Below are positions 45,555 through 54,314 of a stretch of DNA of 64,000 nucleotides, in pieces. The position numbers and the translations under genes are program-made. Numbering within the stretch: the first letter of the stretch is position 1; each line of letters opens with the position of its first letter. The notes beneath the pieces were generated by a model. That model was not told where the DNA came from. It saw only the letters and a list, made by a program, of their open reading frames with translations, and ran no database searches. The stretch covers positions 62,001 through 126,000 of the IMG/VR virus record IMGVR_UViG_3300046167_000825; one strand, given 5' to 3'.

Positions 45555-45583
45555 TATACGGAAAGAGAACACGTTCACGATCC
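45555..45583 (-). promoter_or_regulatory. Bipartite promoter motif GGATCG-N15-TCCGTATA
   Basis: Exact consensus on the minus strand, 28 nt before ATG 45526. Confidence 0.75.
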
Positions 45584-46378
45584 CACTCTCTTTGCCCACT
45601 TCTTATTGGGGCAAGAGGCACAAGGTTGGACACAAGCCTTTTTCACACGATCCTTCTCCTCAGAAACCATAATCCCAGCACCATAATTAGCAGACATCAC
45701 GGCACAATTGAATAATCCTCCCGTGTAACGACCATCGGAGTTATGACAGTAACCAAAGATTTGACCGTCATCCCTAACCCGTAAACGAGCACCCACTGCC
45801 AAAGGTTGATCATGAACCAAAGCCCAACGGTGTGCATCGTAGAAAGTCGGCTTGGAGGTGTGATCATATACCGTGTGACCACGCAAGAAAGCCATATTCA
45901 AAATGTCTATGACCTCCAGTTCATCTTCTGTGAAACCAACCCAACCTTCGGAAAGGGTTTCTTCTGGCTCAGAATCGGGGTTGTGCGACCAATCAACGAC
46001 TTCTGACTCCTCCTCTAGTTCTAGTTCAGTGGGTTCTACACAAAGGGTCTTATCGTCCGATTCTGAGGCTTCTTGTACTTCTAGTTCTAGTTCAGAGGGC
46101 TTCCAGTATTCTCTACCACCCTCCGATTTCTGAAGTGTCAGCAAGCCCATTTCTTGGACTCTCTCACAGACGGCATCCCACTTGTCGCTTGAAAGACGGG
46201 AAATACCGTAGTACTTCGTGACGACTCTTTTCCACTCTGAGTTGTCTTTGCTCTTACGACCGAGACCACTTTTCAGTGTTCCTACATATTGGGAAACAAC
46301 ATTGAAAAGGGCTTGGCACGCTCCATCGAGGGTTTTTTCTTCTGAGGGTTGTATGAAAGTTGATAGTATGTCACTCAT
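45575..46378 (-). CDS. Hypothetical protein with acidic linker
   Basis: AGGAG RBS, 267 aa. Confidence 0.6.
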   Translation of the reverse strand: MSDILSTFIQPSEEKTLDGACQALFNVVSQYVGTLKSGLGRKSKDNSEWKRVVTKYYGISRLSSDKWDAVCERVQEMGLLTLQKSEGGREYWKPSELELEVQEASESDDKTLCVEPTELELEEESEVVDWSHNPDSEPEETLSEGWVGFTEDELEVIDILNMAFLRGHTVYDHTSKPTFYDAHRWALVHDQPLAVGARLRVRDDGQIFGYCHNSDGRYTGGLFNCAVMSANYGAGIMVSEEKDRVKKACVQPCASCPNKKWAKRVGS

Positions 46379-46863
46379 TGTGCATTCTCCTTATATTGAT
46401 CAAACCATTTGGGTGTGGGGGTGTGTTTCCAAGTGGGTATCAACCCATTCTTAAAAATCTTATTTGCTATATAATATTGATAGGAAGCGTGGGGGTTGTC
46501 TAGTTTCCATTTCACATCCATTGCCAGAACGAAAGGAGTCCTATCACCCAACAAAGGCACGAGAGCCTTCGCACACTCTTTAATTACAAGATGCGACTTG
46601 TGAATCTTACCATACCGTCTAGTGTATTCTTCACCAAGACCGTTGCCGTAAGCGATAACCCACTCCCAGTTCCCCAAACTCTCTCTTGCCCACTTGGTAC
46701 AAGGGTGGTTCTTGTGGGTGGGTTTATAAGGTGCTTCAAGCCCCCAGAGGTGAAGGTTGGTGCAAAGTATTTGAGCAACTTCTAGTGGCATTTTGATTGC
46801 GTGTGCCTCACATGACTCCCGTGCTGAGATTAAGGGGTCTTCATTGACAGCAAATAAGTTCAT
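46375..46863 (-). CDS. Pyrimidine-dimer DNA glycosylase / endonuclease V family (Pyr_excise-like)
   Basis: MNLF...HAIKMPLEVAQIL...YKPTHKNHPCTKWAR...EYTRRYGKIHKS. AGGAG RBS. Confidence 0.8.
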   Translation of the reverse strand: MNLFAVNEDPLISARESCEAHAIKMPLEVAQILCTNLHLWGLEAPYKPTHKNHPCTKWARESLGNWEWVIAYGNGLGEEYTRRYGKIHKSHLVIKECAKALVPLLGDRTPFVLAMDVKWKLDNPHASYQYYIANKIFKNGLIPTWKHTPTPKWFDQYKENAQ

Positions 46864-46891
46864 TGTTCTCTCCTTGTTTATTGGAAACATT

Positions 46892-46920
46892 GATACGGAG
46901 AAATCTATTGTGAGCGATCC
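46892..46920 (-). promoter_or_regulatory. Bipartite promoter motif GGATCG-N15-TCCGTATC
   Basis: Exact -35, 28 nt before ATG 46863. Confidence 0.7.
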
Positions 46921-46943
46921 CACACCTCTTTCTTATTTAAGTG

Positions 46944-46972
46944 CGGTTGCATTTCCGTTTGACTTCCGTATA
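46944..46972 (+). promoter_or_regulatory. Variant promoter motif CGGTTG-N15-TCCGTATA
   Basis: Exact -10, 30 nt before ATG 47003. Confidence 0.6.
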
Positions 46973-47002
46973 GAGAGTGTCACTAAAACACGAGGTATTA
47001 CA

Positions 47003-47695
47003 ATGACTACTAAAACCACTAAAACCACTACTAAACCACGCACTACTAAACCACGCACTAGAAAAACACCAACAAAAGACCTTTTCGCAAACCTAGACCG
47101 ACCATTCTCTGACCAAGATGTCAAGTGGCGTGTCGGTCGTCAATCCCGTGATGGCAAGAAAGCGGCTTTGCTCGCTTATGTAGATGCACGCTCCGTTCAA
47201 GCCCGTTTTGATGGGGCAGTCGGAAAAGAAAACTGGTCTGTGACCTATGTTCCATTTGGCGATACGGGTGCAGTTATGGCTACTGTGTCAGTCCGTATCA
47301 ATGGTGAGTGGGTGTCCAAGTCTGACATTGGTTCTCCATCCAATGTAGAGAGAGAAAAAGGGGCTGTGTCTGATGCCTTTAAGCGTGCTTCTGTCGCTTG
47401 GGGTGTGGGAAGACACCTCTATGACCTCCCCGAAACTTGGCGACCAATCATTGCCGCTAAGCCTTCTGACCCCCGTGCCTTTTGGGTTAAGGGTGGTTAT
47501 ATCACCCCACCTCGTATGGCTGATTTCAAACCAAAGGTCACAGAGGACGAAGAACTGAAGCGATTTGAAGAAGCAATCAAAGGTGAGTTCAACATCTCCC
47601 TTGCAGAAGCGATTGCTCTGGCTGGTAACGATCTAGATACACGCCAACTCCGTGTGGCTTTCTATACAACCCAAAAGGAAGCGAAAGCCTCCTAG
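47003..47695 (+). CDS. Rad52/Rad22-family (Sak-like) single-strand annealing protein
   Basis: LAYVDARSVQARFDGAVGKENW...SKSDIG...EKGAVSDAFKRASVAWGVGRHLY. GAGGT RBS. Confidence 0.85.
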   Translation: MTTKTTKTTTKPRTTKPRTRKTPTKDLFANLDRPFSDQDVKWRVGRQSRDGKKAALLAYVDARSVQARFDGAVGKENWSVTYVPFGDTGAVMATVSVRINGEWVSKSDIGSPSNVEREKGAVSDAFKRASVAWGVGRHLYDLPETWRPIIAAKPSDPRAFWVKGGYITPPRMADFKPKVTEDEELKRFEEAIKGEFNISLAEAIALAGNDLDTRQLRVAFYTTQKEAKAS

Positions 47696-47706
47696 TCTTC
47701 CCCACT

Positions 47707-47740
47707 CCATCACTTGCCCTTTTGGGTGAGTGGTGGTTTT
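47707..47740 (+). terminator. Intrinsic terminator
   Basis: 13-bp stem with G-U pairs (ccatcacttgccc / gggtgagtggtgg), UUUU loop, T-run. Confidence 0.7.
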
Positions 47741-47779
47741 ATTCACCCCCATTAGATTCTTGAAATCTCTGGAGAACAC

Positions 47780-48313
47780 ATGACATCATTAAACAATGAC
47801 GAACTAAAGCGAACTTTAATCACGAAACTCTTTGAAAAAATGATCGAGAAAGACGATATCAACACAGATGAAGCCGTTCTCTTGATGCGAGCCCTTGGGC
47901 GATATGCCGAAGAACATTATGAAATCCCACCCACAATCAAAAAACAGATGACGAAGTTCATTGAAACAAACGAAGACACCGTGACTATGATTTTCAATAG
48001 CGACATCGAAACCATCATGGCTTTTCTCCGTCAAAAGTATATCAACTGGGAGAGTCAAGAAACCTTTGAGAGCCTAGCCACAATCAATGAGTTCTATGTG
48101 GCATTGATGGGCTTGTGGATGATAGACGAGTATGACCCCACCGAGGGGAAAGCGTGGTCTCTCCTCACAGAAACAACCTCGTATGTCGAGAACAATATGA
48201 ATCGCTTCACACCCTCAAAGAAGATGGTCAGTCATTTTCACAACCCATCAAGTATGAACCCAATCCAAGACTTGTGGAAGGCGATGAAAGGTCACCCCAC
48301 AATCTCCGTCTGA
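47780..48313 (+). CDS. Hypothetical protein
   Basis: GGAG RBS, 177 aa. Confidence 0.6.
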   Translation: MTSLNNDELKRTLITKLFEKMIEKDDINTDEAVLLMRALGRYAEEHYEIPPTIKKQMTKFIETNEDTVTMIFNSDIETIMAFLRQKYINWESQETFESLATINEFYVALMGLWMIDEYDPTEGKAWSLLTETTSYVENNMNRFTPSKKMVSHFHNPSSMNPIQDLWKAMKGHPTISV

Positions 48314-48566
48314 AACAATCAGCGATGGAATACATTATGGCACTGAAATAAATGTTCTCTTTATAGGGGGCATCTATCTCTAAAACCAAAAGGCGATAAC
48401 CAATGATGGTATCGCCTTTTTTGTTTTCACCTACAAGAACTCGTGTTTTTGCTTTCCACTCGGGGTGGTAAGACACTTCAAGAATCTCGTGGCCCTTAAT
48501 GCACCAATCTCCTTGTAAGTCTTCTTTCCAAACATGAATGATATCGTTTTCAATTTCCAGTGACAT
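48228..48566 (-). CDS. Hypothetical protein (3' end doubtful)
   Basis: GAGGAG RBS before ATG 48566. Runs through the hairpin and overlaps the convergent gene. Confidence 0.35.
   Translation of the reverse strand: MSLEIENDIIHVWKEDLQGDWCIKGHEILEVSYHPEWKAKTRVLVGENKKGDTIIGYRLLVLEIDAPYKENIYFSAIMYSIADCFRRRLWGDLSSPSTSLGLGSYLMGCEND
48388..48422. terminator. Bidirectional terminator-like hairpin between convergent genes
   Basis: aaaaggcgataacca / tggtatcgcctttt with A- and T-runs. Confidence 0.6.
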
Positions 48567-48936
48567 GGATGTGAATCTCCTCTCCTCTGTTGATGGTAGT
48601 GGTAGCAACAATCTTCCCCTTCCCTCCAAACAAAAGAATACGAACATTGGGTGTGTCTGTCCTTTTATAGAACGGAGCAAACCCAGAAATAAGATGACCA
48701 TCAACACAATGTTGGTGGTTGAACTTCCCGTATACAATCACATCTTCAACAATAGCACCCTTCTCCAAATATCTCGAAGCAACCACAACACCCTCTTTCA
48801 ATCGAATATGGGCTTTGGGGTTAGTCTGTTTCGGGACTAGCAAAGGACGGTCACAAGACACACAAAGAACATAAGAAGCATAAACTTTCTGCTTCAAACC
48901 ACAACGGCAAGTGATTTCCTCTGCGTGTTTCAACAT
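48550..48936 (-). CDS. Degenerate SET-domain-like protein with N-terminal Zn ribbon
   Basis: CRC...CVSC, GVVVASRYLEKGAIVE, DTPNV, IVATTTINRGEEIHI. Lacks the NHS motif and terminal Tyr. Confidence 0.55.
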   Translation of the reverse strand: MLKHAEEITCRCGLKQKVYASYVLCVSCDRPLLVPKQTNPKAHIRLKEGVVVASRYLEKGAIVEDVIVYGKFNHQHCVDGHLISGFAPFYKRTDTPNVRILLFGGKGKIVATTTINRGEEIHIHVTGN

Positions 48937-49205
48937 GTTTTTTTCCTTTTGAAAAAAGTTAGTTATTTTTTATATGTTTCATAGTTATTATACACGGTGT
49001 AGTTCTAGTTCGTACATCTTATCTGGCATATTGGAGAACTACCGAAAGAGTGCTTCCCATATAAAACATTTATATTTGATTTGATTTATTTATAACTCTC
49101 ACCAAAACCCTAGAGTTTATCTTGTGTTTCGTTCGCTGAACAGTGTTTGGGCGAGTTAATAAATGTTTCTCTAGGAGGTCTGAGTTGTAGTTCGGTGAGT
49201 AGATC

Positions 49206-49238
49206 AAAAAAAAGGCTTGGAGTTTCCCCCAAGCCTTT
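49206..49238 (-). terminator. Intrinsic terminator of the fibre gene
   Basis: aaaggcttgg / ccaagccttt stem with an A-run (U-tract on the minus strand). Confidence 0.75.
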
Positions 49239-49259
49239 CAAGCATAAACCAGAAAGAGG

Positions 49260-51746
49260 CTAGTCTTTCAAGCCCATGTAATCAACAGTGATGATATCTT
49301 GGGTGTTCAGAACACCACCGAACTCAACCTTGTAATAACGAATCAGTCCAGCATTTGGATGAACGGTGTTCGCCAAAGGGTGAGCAGTTGTGGGAGTAAC
49401 ATCAGTGTTTGTCTGTCCAGCCAAATTGTGACTGTCACCAGCATTGGTATCGGTCTGTCCAATAGTTAAAGACAACACTTGTGCTCGCCAAGCCGATTCA
49501 ACTTTTGATCCGTACTTGATAGGATAACGAACGAACTCGTCACTGGTATCATAATCACCGTATGTGGCGGGGTAATTGACTGGATTAACCACTGCAACAA
49601 CTTTGTATTCGTCTGCACTTTGAAGTGTCGCACTTGAGTTTCGTTGGATTAAACGGACACCGTTTTTATACACACGAACACTTGACCAATAGGTGTTGTT
49701 ATTGAGATGAGAACTATTCCCACTGTTCGCTGGATTAGTCGGATTAGGAGCATTGGCTAACAAAGAACCCAAGACAAGAATCTGATTATTCCCAGCCACT
49801 GTTGGAATACGGAACTCATGTAAGTCACCGAAACCACCCCCGTTTGTGCCACTTGTGTTGGTCGCATCAGCGTCATAGACCTCAGAAGCGTAGGCTTGAA
49901 GATCGTTAGCATCATCCAAACGGGCAAAGTCGGCATACTGATGACTCATAGGAGCGACAGTCAAACGACCAGTGTCTACGGGAGCAGTGCTAGATTGTTC
50001 GAGAGCAGCATCCAGTTCTTGGATAGCATCTTTGAATGAACCCGTCTTCGTGATGATGTGTGTAGAACCCGAACCAGTAGAATCAAAGTCAGTCTTCGTT
50101 CCGTCATTCTCTAAACCAACAGCCGTTTCAATGCTATCCATCTCTGTGTTGATATCACCAATGTCAGAAGTATTGGTAGCAATGTCAGAAGTATTGGTCG
50201 CAATATTTCCAGCATTCGTTCCAATGTCTGTGGCATTTTGAGTAATGTCACCTTCATTGGTTGTGACACGACCTTCAAGAGCCGTGAGGTCAGTGTTGAG
50301 TTGAGCGATGTCACCTTCGTTGGTAGCAACTTTTCCGTCAATAACACTGGAATCAACCGTCCAACCAGAATCGGCAGAACCCGATACAACGATATTACCG
50401 CTGTCTTGAATATTAGCATTGGTGTTGTCGATGATGTCAATTGTGTTGTTTGGCGAAGCGTTGTTCCAAACCAAACCGTCATTCTGATTGGCATAAAAGG
50501 TATTCACACCGTCAGAGAAATAACCAGCACTAGCGACCTTGTAATAATCACCAGCCTCTTTTTGCGTGAGAGTGGTCGAAAGGTCGGTAGCAGAGGTATT
50601 ATTTGCACCACCCGAAACTGTTCCAACATACTCAAAAGCAGAACCGAGATTGGAGATGCTCGTTGCGTTCGCTTGAACGGCAGTATCAAGAGCAGAAATG
50701 TCAGCCGTTACGGTTGATCCAGAGATGTAAGTCCCACTATTGGAATAAGCCGTGTTGATAAAACCAAGAGAGGTTTGAGTGGCATCAAGTTCAGTTTGAA
50801 GACCACCGATATTTGTTGCGTTGGTGGAAATATCCCCTTCGGCAGTCGTCAAACGAAGATCGAGATTGGTAATGTCTGTGGCATTTGTTCCAATACTTGC
50901 TAGATTGGCAGCGATATCTCCGTCATTACTTACAATCGCAGCATCCAAAAGACTCAAAGCATTTGAAACATCGGTTGCACTTTGCAGATAGGTGCTTGAA
51001 CCCAAATTGAAAGCCGTAGCACTTGTAATGTTGGTGATACCAAGTCGATTTTCTACATTTGACTCAAGAGTGTCAATGTTTGCTTGCAAGCCTTGATCAG
51101 CAGAAATCAGTGCTTGTTCGATAGTATCCAATGCACTATCAAGTCCTTCGATAGCACCGAAGACACTAGTGATAGTGGCGGCAGTAAGATAGTTCGTTCC
51201 AGCGAAGCCAGCAATACCACTTGGATTTGCGACATTCAGACCGAGAGTAGCATTTACATCACCACGAAGGGTTGTAATATCCCCAGCATTTGTTCCAATG
51301 CCAGCCGTGTTGGTGGCAATATTGGATGTGTTGGTGGCGATGTTTCCAGCATTTGTAGAAATGCCCGTTTCAGCCGTTTTGAGAGCAGTGTCAATCGCTT
51401 CAATAACACTTGTCCAGTCAGTTAAAATGGCTGGAGCAACGGGTGCAGCACTTGAAGTGAGGTTTATTGTTCCGAAAGTGAAGGTGTCGTTAGCGGTATC
51501 ATAAGTGATTCCAGCACCAAGAACGGTAGCCAAAGAACCCAAACGAGCATCAAGGTCTGAGTCAATTGCCGTTTCAATAGTGGCTTCCAAAGCATTCAAG
51601 TCAGCGATATTGGCTACGGCAGCATTGCCATTCGTTAAGGAAGAATCGACAAGGAAACTAGCATATTGTGTGGTGCTTGAAAAGTGATCGGAGGTCAGTT
51701 GATCGTCCCCGAACTGTCCAGACCGAATAGAGATATTAAGAGCCAT
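49260..51746 (-). CDS. Long coiled-coil fibre-like virion protein
   Basis: 828 aa, T/N/A/D/G-rich, with heptads such as IATNTSN/IATNTSD/IGTNAGD. AAGGAG RBS. Confidence 0.6.
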   Translation of the reverse strand: MALNISIRSGQFGDDQLTSDHFSSTTQYASFLVDSSLTNGNAAVANIADLNALEATIETAIDSDLDARLGSLATVLGAGITYDTANDTFTFGTINLTSSAAPVAPAILTDWTSVIEAIDTALKTAETGISTNAGNIATNTSNIATNTAGIGTNAGDITTLRGDVNATLGLNVANPSGIAGFAGTNYLTAATITSVFGAIEGLDSALDTIEQALISADQGLQANIDTLESNVENRLGITNITSATAFNLGSSTYLQSATDVSNALSLLDAAIVSNDGDIAANLASIGTNATDITNLDLRLTTAEGDISTNATNIGGLQTELDATQTSLGFINTAYSNSGTYISGSTVTADISALDTAVQANATSISNLGSAFEYVGTVSGGANNTSATDLSTTLTQKEAGDYYKVASAGYFSDGVNTFYANQNDGLVWNNASPNNTIDIIDNTNANIQDSGNIVVSGSADSGWTVDSSVIDGKVATNEGDIAQLNTDLTALEGRVTTNEGDITQNATDIGTNAGNIATNTSDIATNTSDIGDINTEMDSIETAVGLENDGTKTDFDSTGSGSTHIITKTGSFKDAIQELDAALEQSSTAPVDTGRLTVAPMSHQYADFARLDDANDLQAYASEVYDADATNTSGTNGGGFGDLHEFRIPTVAGNNQILVLGSLLANAPNPTNPANSGNSSHLNNNTYWSSVRVYKNGVRLIQRNSSATLQSADEYKVVAVVNPVNYPATYGDYDTSDEFVRYPIKYGSKVESAWRAQVLSLTIGQTDTNAGDSHNLAGQTNTDVTPTTAHPLANTVHPNAGLIRYYKVEFGGVLNTQDIITVDYMGLKD
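50160..50201 (-). repeat. Two 21-bp tandem units encoding a heptad repeat
   Basis: aatgtcagaagtattggtagc / aatgtcagaagtattggtcgc. Confidence 0.8.
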
Positions 51747-51905
51747 AATGGTTCTCCTTTTTTAGATTAAGAGGGTGTTTCAAAAAATGGGTTTTGAGCA
51801 CACCCATCTTCAGATAAGGGTTTGAAATAAAGTAATTATTGGTCTGAGATAATCTGTCTATATAAGTCGGACGGTAGAATGTGAAGATTATGGAGATGTG
51901 ATACT

Positions 51906-54302
51906 ATGGCTCAAGCATTGATACAATCTCTCCTCAATGGTGACCCCAATACCGTTGTTGAGGGTCAGTCAAGAAATGACTTATCCTTTGGGGATAAGGT
52001 CTATCTGAAAAGTGTGAGTGATGGTGCGAACACCTATTCTTGGAATCTTTTGTATAAACCCGAAGATTCAACAGCAAGTCTCTCTGGGAATCCGACATCA
52101 GTGGCGGTTGGTTTTTTTGAGGTAGATAAAGAGGGGTCATATCTAGTTCGCTTGATTGTTAATGCGGGTGCTTCGGGAGAATCCACGCAGTATCTTCGTC
52201 TGAGAGCCTTGACTCAATTTGGGAACTTGCATCTTGTGTCAGCGGGAGAGCGTAAAACCTTCCAAGAATCTATCCCGTCAGATATTGATATATCGGGTTG
52301 GACGAACGACCAAAATCGTAATCTCCTCACTTTATTGGATTTCATCAAGCCTTTGGTTTCATCTGGGCGTGTTTTATATGTCGATGCCAATGACGGCACA
52401 AAGGAATACGGCAATCATTCTTCCATTCAAGAAGCCATTGACTACGCTTCAGCAACAAGTCCGAGCGAGAACGCACCCTACACCATAATGATACGGGCTG
52501 GTGTTTACACGGGTGACATCACCTTAAAGCCTCATGTCCATCTCGTTGGTTTTTCGGGTGATAGTTCAGTGGAGGATAGACGAGTTGTCATAGATGGTTT
52601 AATCACGACTGACCTCCCGAATATAGGCGATCAATCTTTCGTCACCAATCTCTATATTAAAGGGGATGTCGCAACGACCAACCCCCTCGTGACCAAAAGT
52701 GGAAATGGGACATTAAGTTTTGTTCGTACTCATATCATGCAAACATCTTCTAGTGTCGGTCAAGGTGCGACTCTTTCTGTCGAAGATGGTGTAGTCAATT
52801 TGGATAACTGTAAGGTGACAGCCAATGATGGGGGGTTAGACGATCAGTTCGCTCTAGTTCAGAAAGGTGCTTCCGTCATCAATGCTCGGAGAACGGAGTT
52901 CGTTGCCCCTTCTTGTATCCATCTCAATGTAGATCGAGAACCAGCCAACACAATGAAAGCCAACTTCGTGAGTTGTGAGATTTCCTCAACGGGTGGCGTG
53001 ACCAGTTCGGCTGTGAGTGGTCAATCCCAAGCAAACTTCGACCATTGTTTGTTTGATGTGAACAGTGGGAAAGCCTTTGATATAAACTCTGGTGGGGGTT
53101 CATTGGTCACGGGTGATATCGTCATACAATTAAGATGGTCGTTCATCCCCACAGAAGTTTATTGGGATGTGAATGACACTGACGGTTTGAATGAAATCCG
53201 TGTCGGGGCAATTCAGTGGAGTGGTCTCCAAGAATCTGGAATTGTTGGTTTGCCACCCCATGCCGTGAAGATAACACCTCTTGTTGGGGGTGACACCATT
53301 GGTTATGACGGTGCTGCTTCTGCTGATAACATTCAAGATGCCATTGATGAAACATATTCTCTCACAAATATAACGGGTGGGAATGTCGGAACGGGAACGA
53401 GAGTCTTCAAGCAGAAGAACTCCAATGTCCTAGAGTTCAAAACACTTGTGGGAGATGGAACTGTCAGTGTCAGTTCGACCACAAACGAGATTCAGTTGGG
53501 CTTCAGTGGGGCAGTCAGTTCGATATACCAAGACAATACCTCCATCACTATCGTGGACGAGGGTGGGTTAGCCGATGGGAGTATCCTCATCAATATAGAT
53601 GGTGTGGATTATTGGATGTTCGACACCAATGGTTCTTTCCTCCCTATGAATACGGGAACACAAGACATCGGCTCACCGACCAATAGAGTTCAGAGTATCT
53701 ATGTCGATGCCATTTCCTCAGTACATTTCGTCTATGACGATGGGGCTTCTCAGTTTGATTACCCTCTCAATATAGATGTCACTGACACTTCCAAACCAGA
53801 GTTGTTGTTCAATGGTGTCCCCATCGCCACTCCTTTTGAGGAGAAGTTCTATGAGGTGAAGGGTACAGACATTGGGTGGTACAACGATGTCAAACTGTTG
53901 GCTTCTCCTCTCAAATATGACAGTGGTTACACGGGTGTACCCGTCCTATTAATTGAAGACACCACAATGGCTGGGACAAGTGCCACCAATGACAAAGGAC
54001 AAGCCATAAATCTCAAGAACCTCACAGTGGTATTGCGATTGAGTGGGGAGAATGGCACAATTGACGACACCATTCTGACAGAGATTGTTGTGGATGTTTA
54101 TGTGGGCAGTGAAGAAGCCAGTTTCTCAGTGACTGGCTATTCTTTCGATACACTACAAGAGATAGAGTTGCCTTTGGATATCCCGAATATCCCCCCCGAA
54201 GAAAAAATCCGAGTGGAGATATTTTTTATACGAAACCCTAACAGTAGTGTTGAGATTCCAGTTTTACCTCTAGGGGTGAAGTTTGGTTATGTCCTACAAT
54301 AA
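51906..54302 (+). CDS. Tail fibre/tailspike-like protein: PKD/Ig-like domain + pectin-lyase-like beta-helix
   Basis: YSWNL...DKEGSYLVRLIV, then SSIQEAIDYA...PYTIMIRAGVY. Confidence 0.6.
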   Translation: MAQALIQSLLNGDPNTVVEGQSRNDLSFGDKVYLKSVSDGANTYSWNLLYKPEDSTASLSGNPTSVAVGFFEVDKEGSYLVRLIVNAGASGESTQYLRLRALTQFGNLHLVSAGERKTFQESIPSDIDISGWTNDQNRNLLTLLDFIKPLVSSGRVLYVDANDGTKEYGNHSSIQEAIDYASATSPSENAPYTIMIRAGVYTGDITLKPHVHLVGFSGDSSVEDRRVVIDGLITTDLPNIGDQSFVTNLYIKGDVATTNPLVTKSGNGTLSFVRTHIMQTSSSVGQGATLSVEDGVVNLDNCKVTANDGGLDDQFALVQKGASVINARRTEFVAPSCIHLNVDREPANTMKANFVSCEISSTGGVTSSAVSGQSQANFDHCLFDVNSGKAFDINSGGGSLVTGDIVIQLRWSFIPTEVYWDVNDTDGLNEIRVGAIQWSGLQESGIVGLPPHAVKITPLVGGDTIGYDGAASADNIQDAIDETYSLTNITGGNVGTGTRVFKQKNSNVLEFKTLVGDGTVSVSSTTNEIQLGFSGAVSSIYQDNTSITIVDEGGLADGSILINIDGVDYWMFDTNGSFLPMNTGTQDIGSPTNRVQSIYVDAISSVHFVYDDGASQFDYPLNIDVTDTSKPELLFNGVPIATPFEEKFYEVKGTDIGWYNDVKLLASPLKYDSGYTGVPVLLIEDTTMAGTSATNDKGQAINLKNLTVVLRLSGENGTIDDTILTEIVVDVYVGSEEASFSVTGYSFDTLQEIELPLDIPNIPPEEKIRVEIFFIRNPNSSVEIPVLPLGVKFGYVLQ

Positions 54303-54314
54303 TGGAGATTAAAA

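Noticed and set aside
46793-47002. 70-aa N-terminal extension of the Rad52-like ORF in the ORF track
   Set aside because: It spans the divergent promoter region and the start of the opposite gene. ATG 47003 has the RBS.
48727-48734. CCCGTATA on the plus strand
   Set aside because: Inside the SET-like gene, antisense to it, with no -35 match
49972-51425. Plus-strand ORFs within the fibre gene
   Set aside because: Antisense shadows expected from biased codon use
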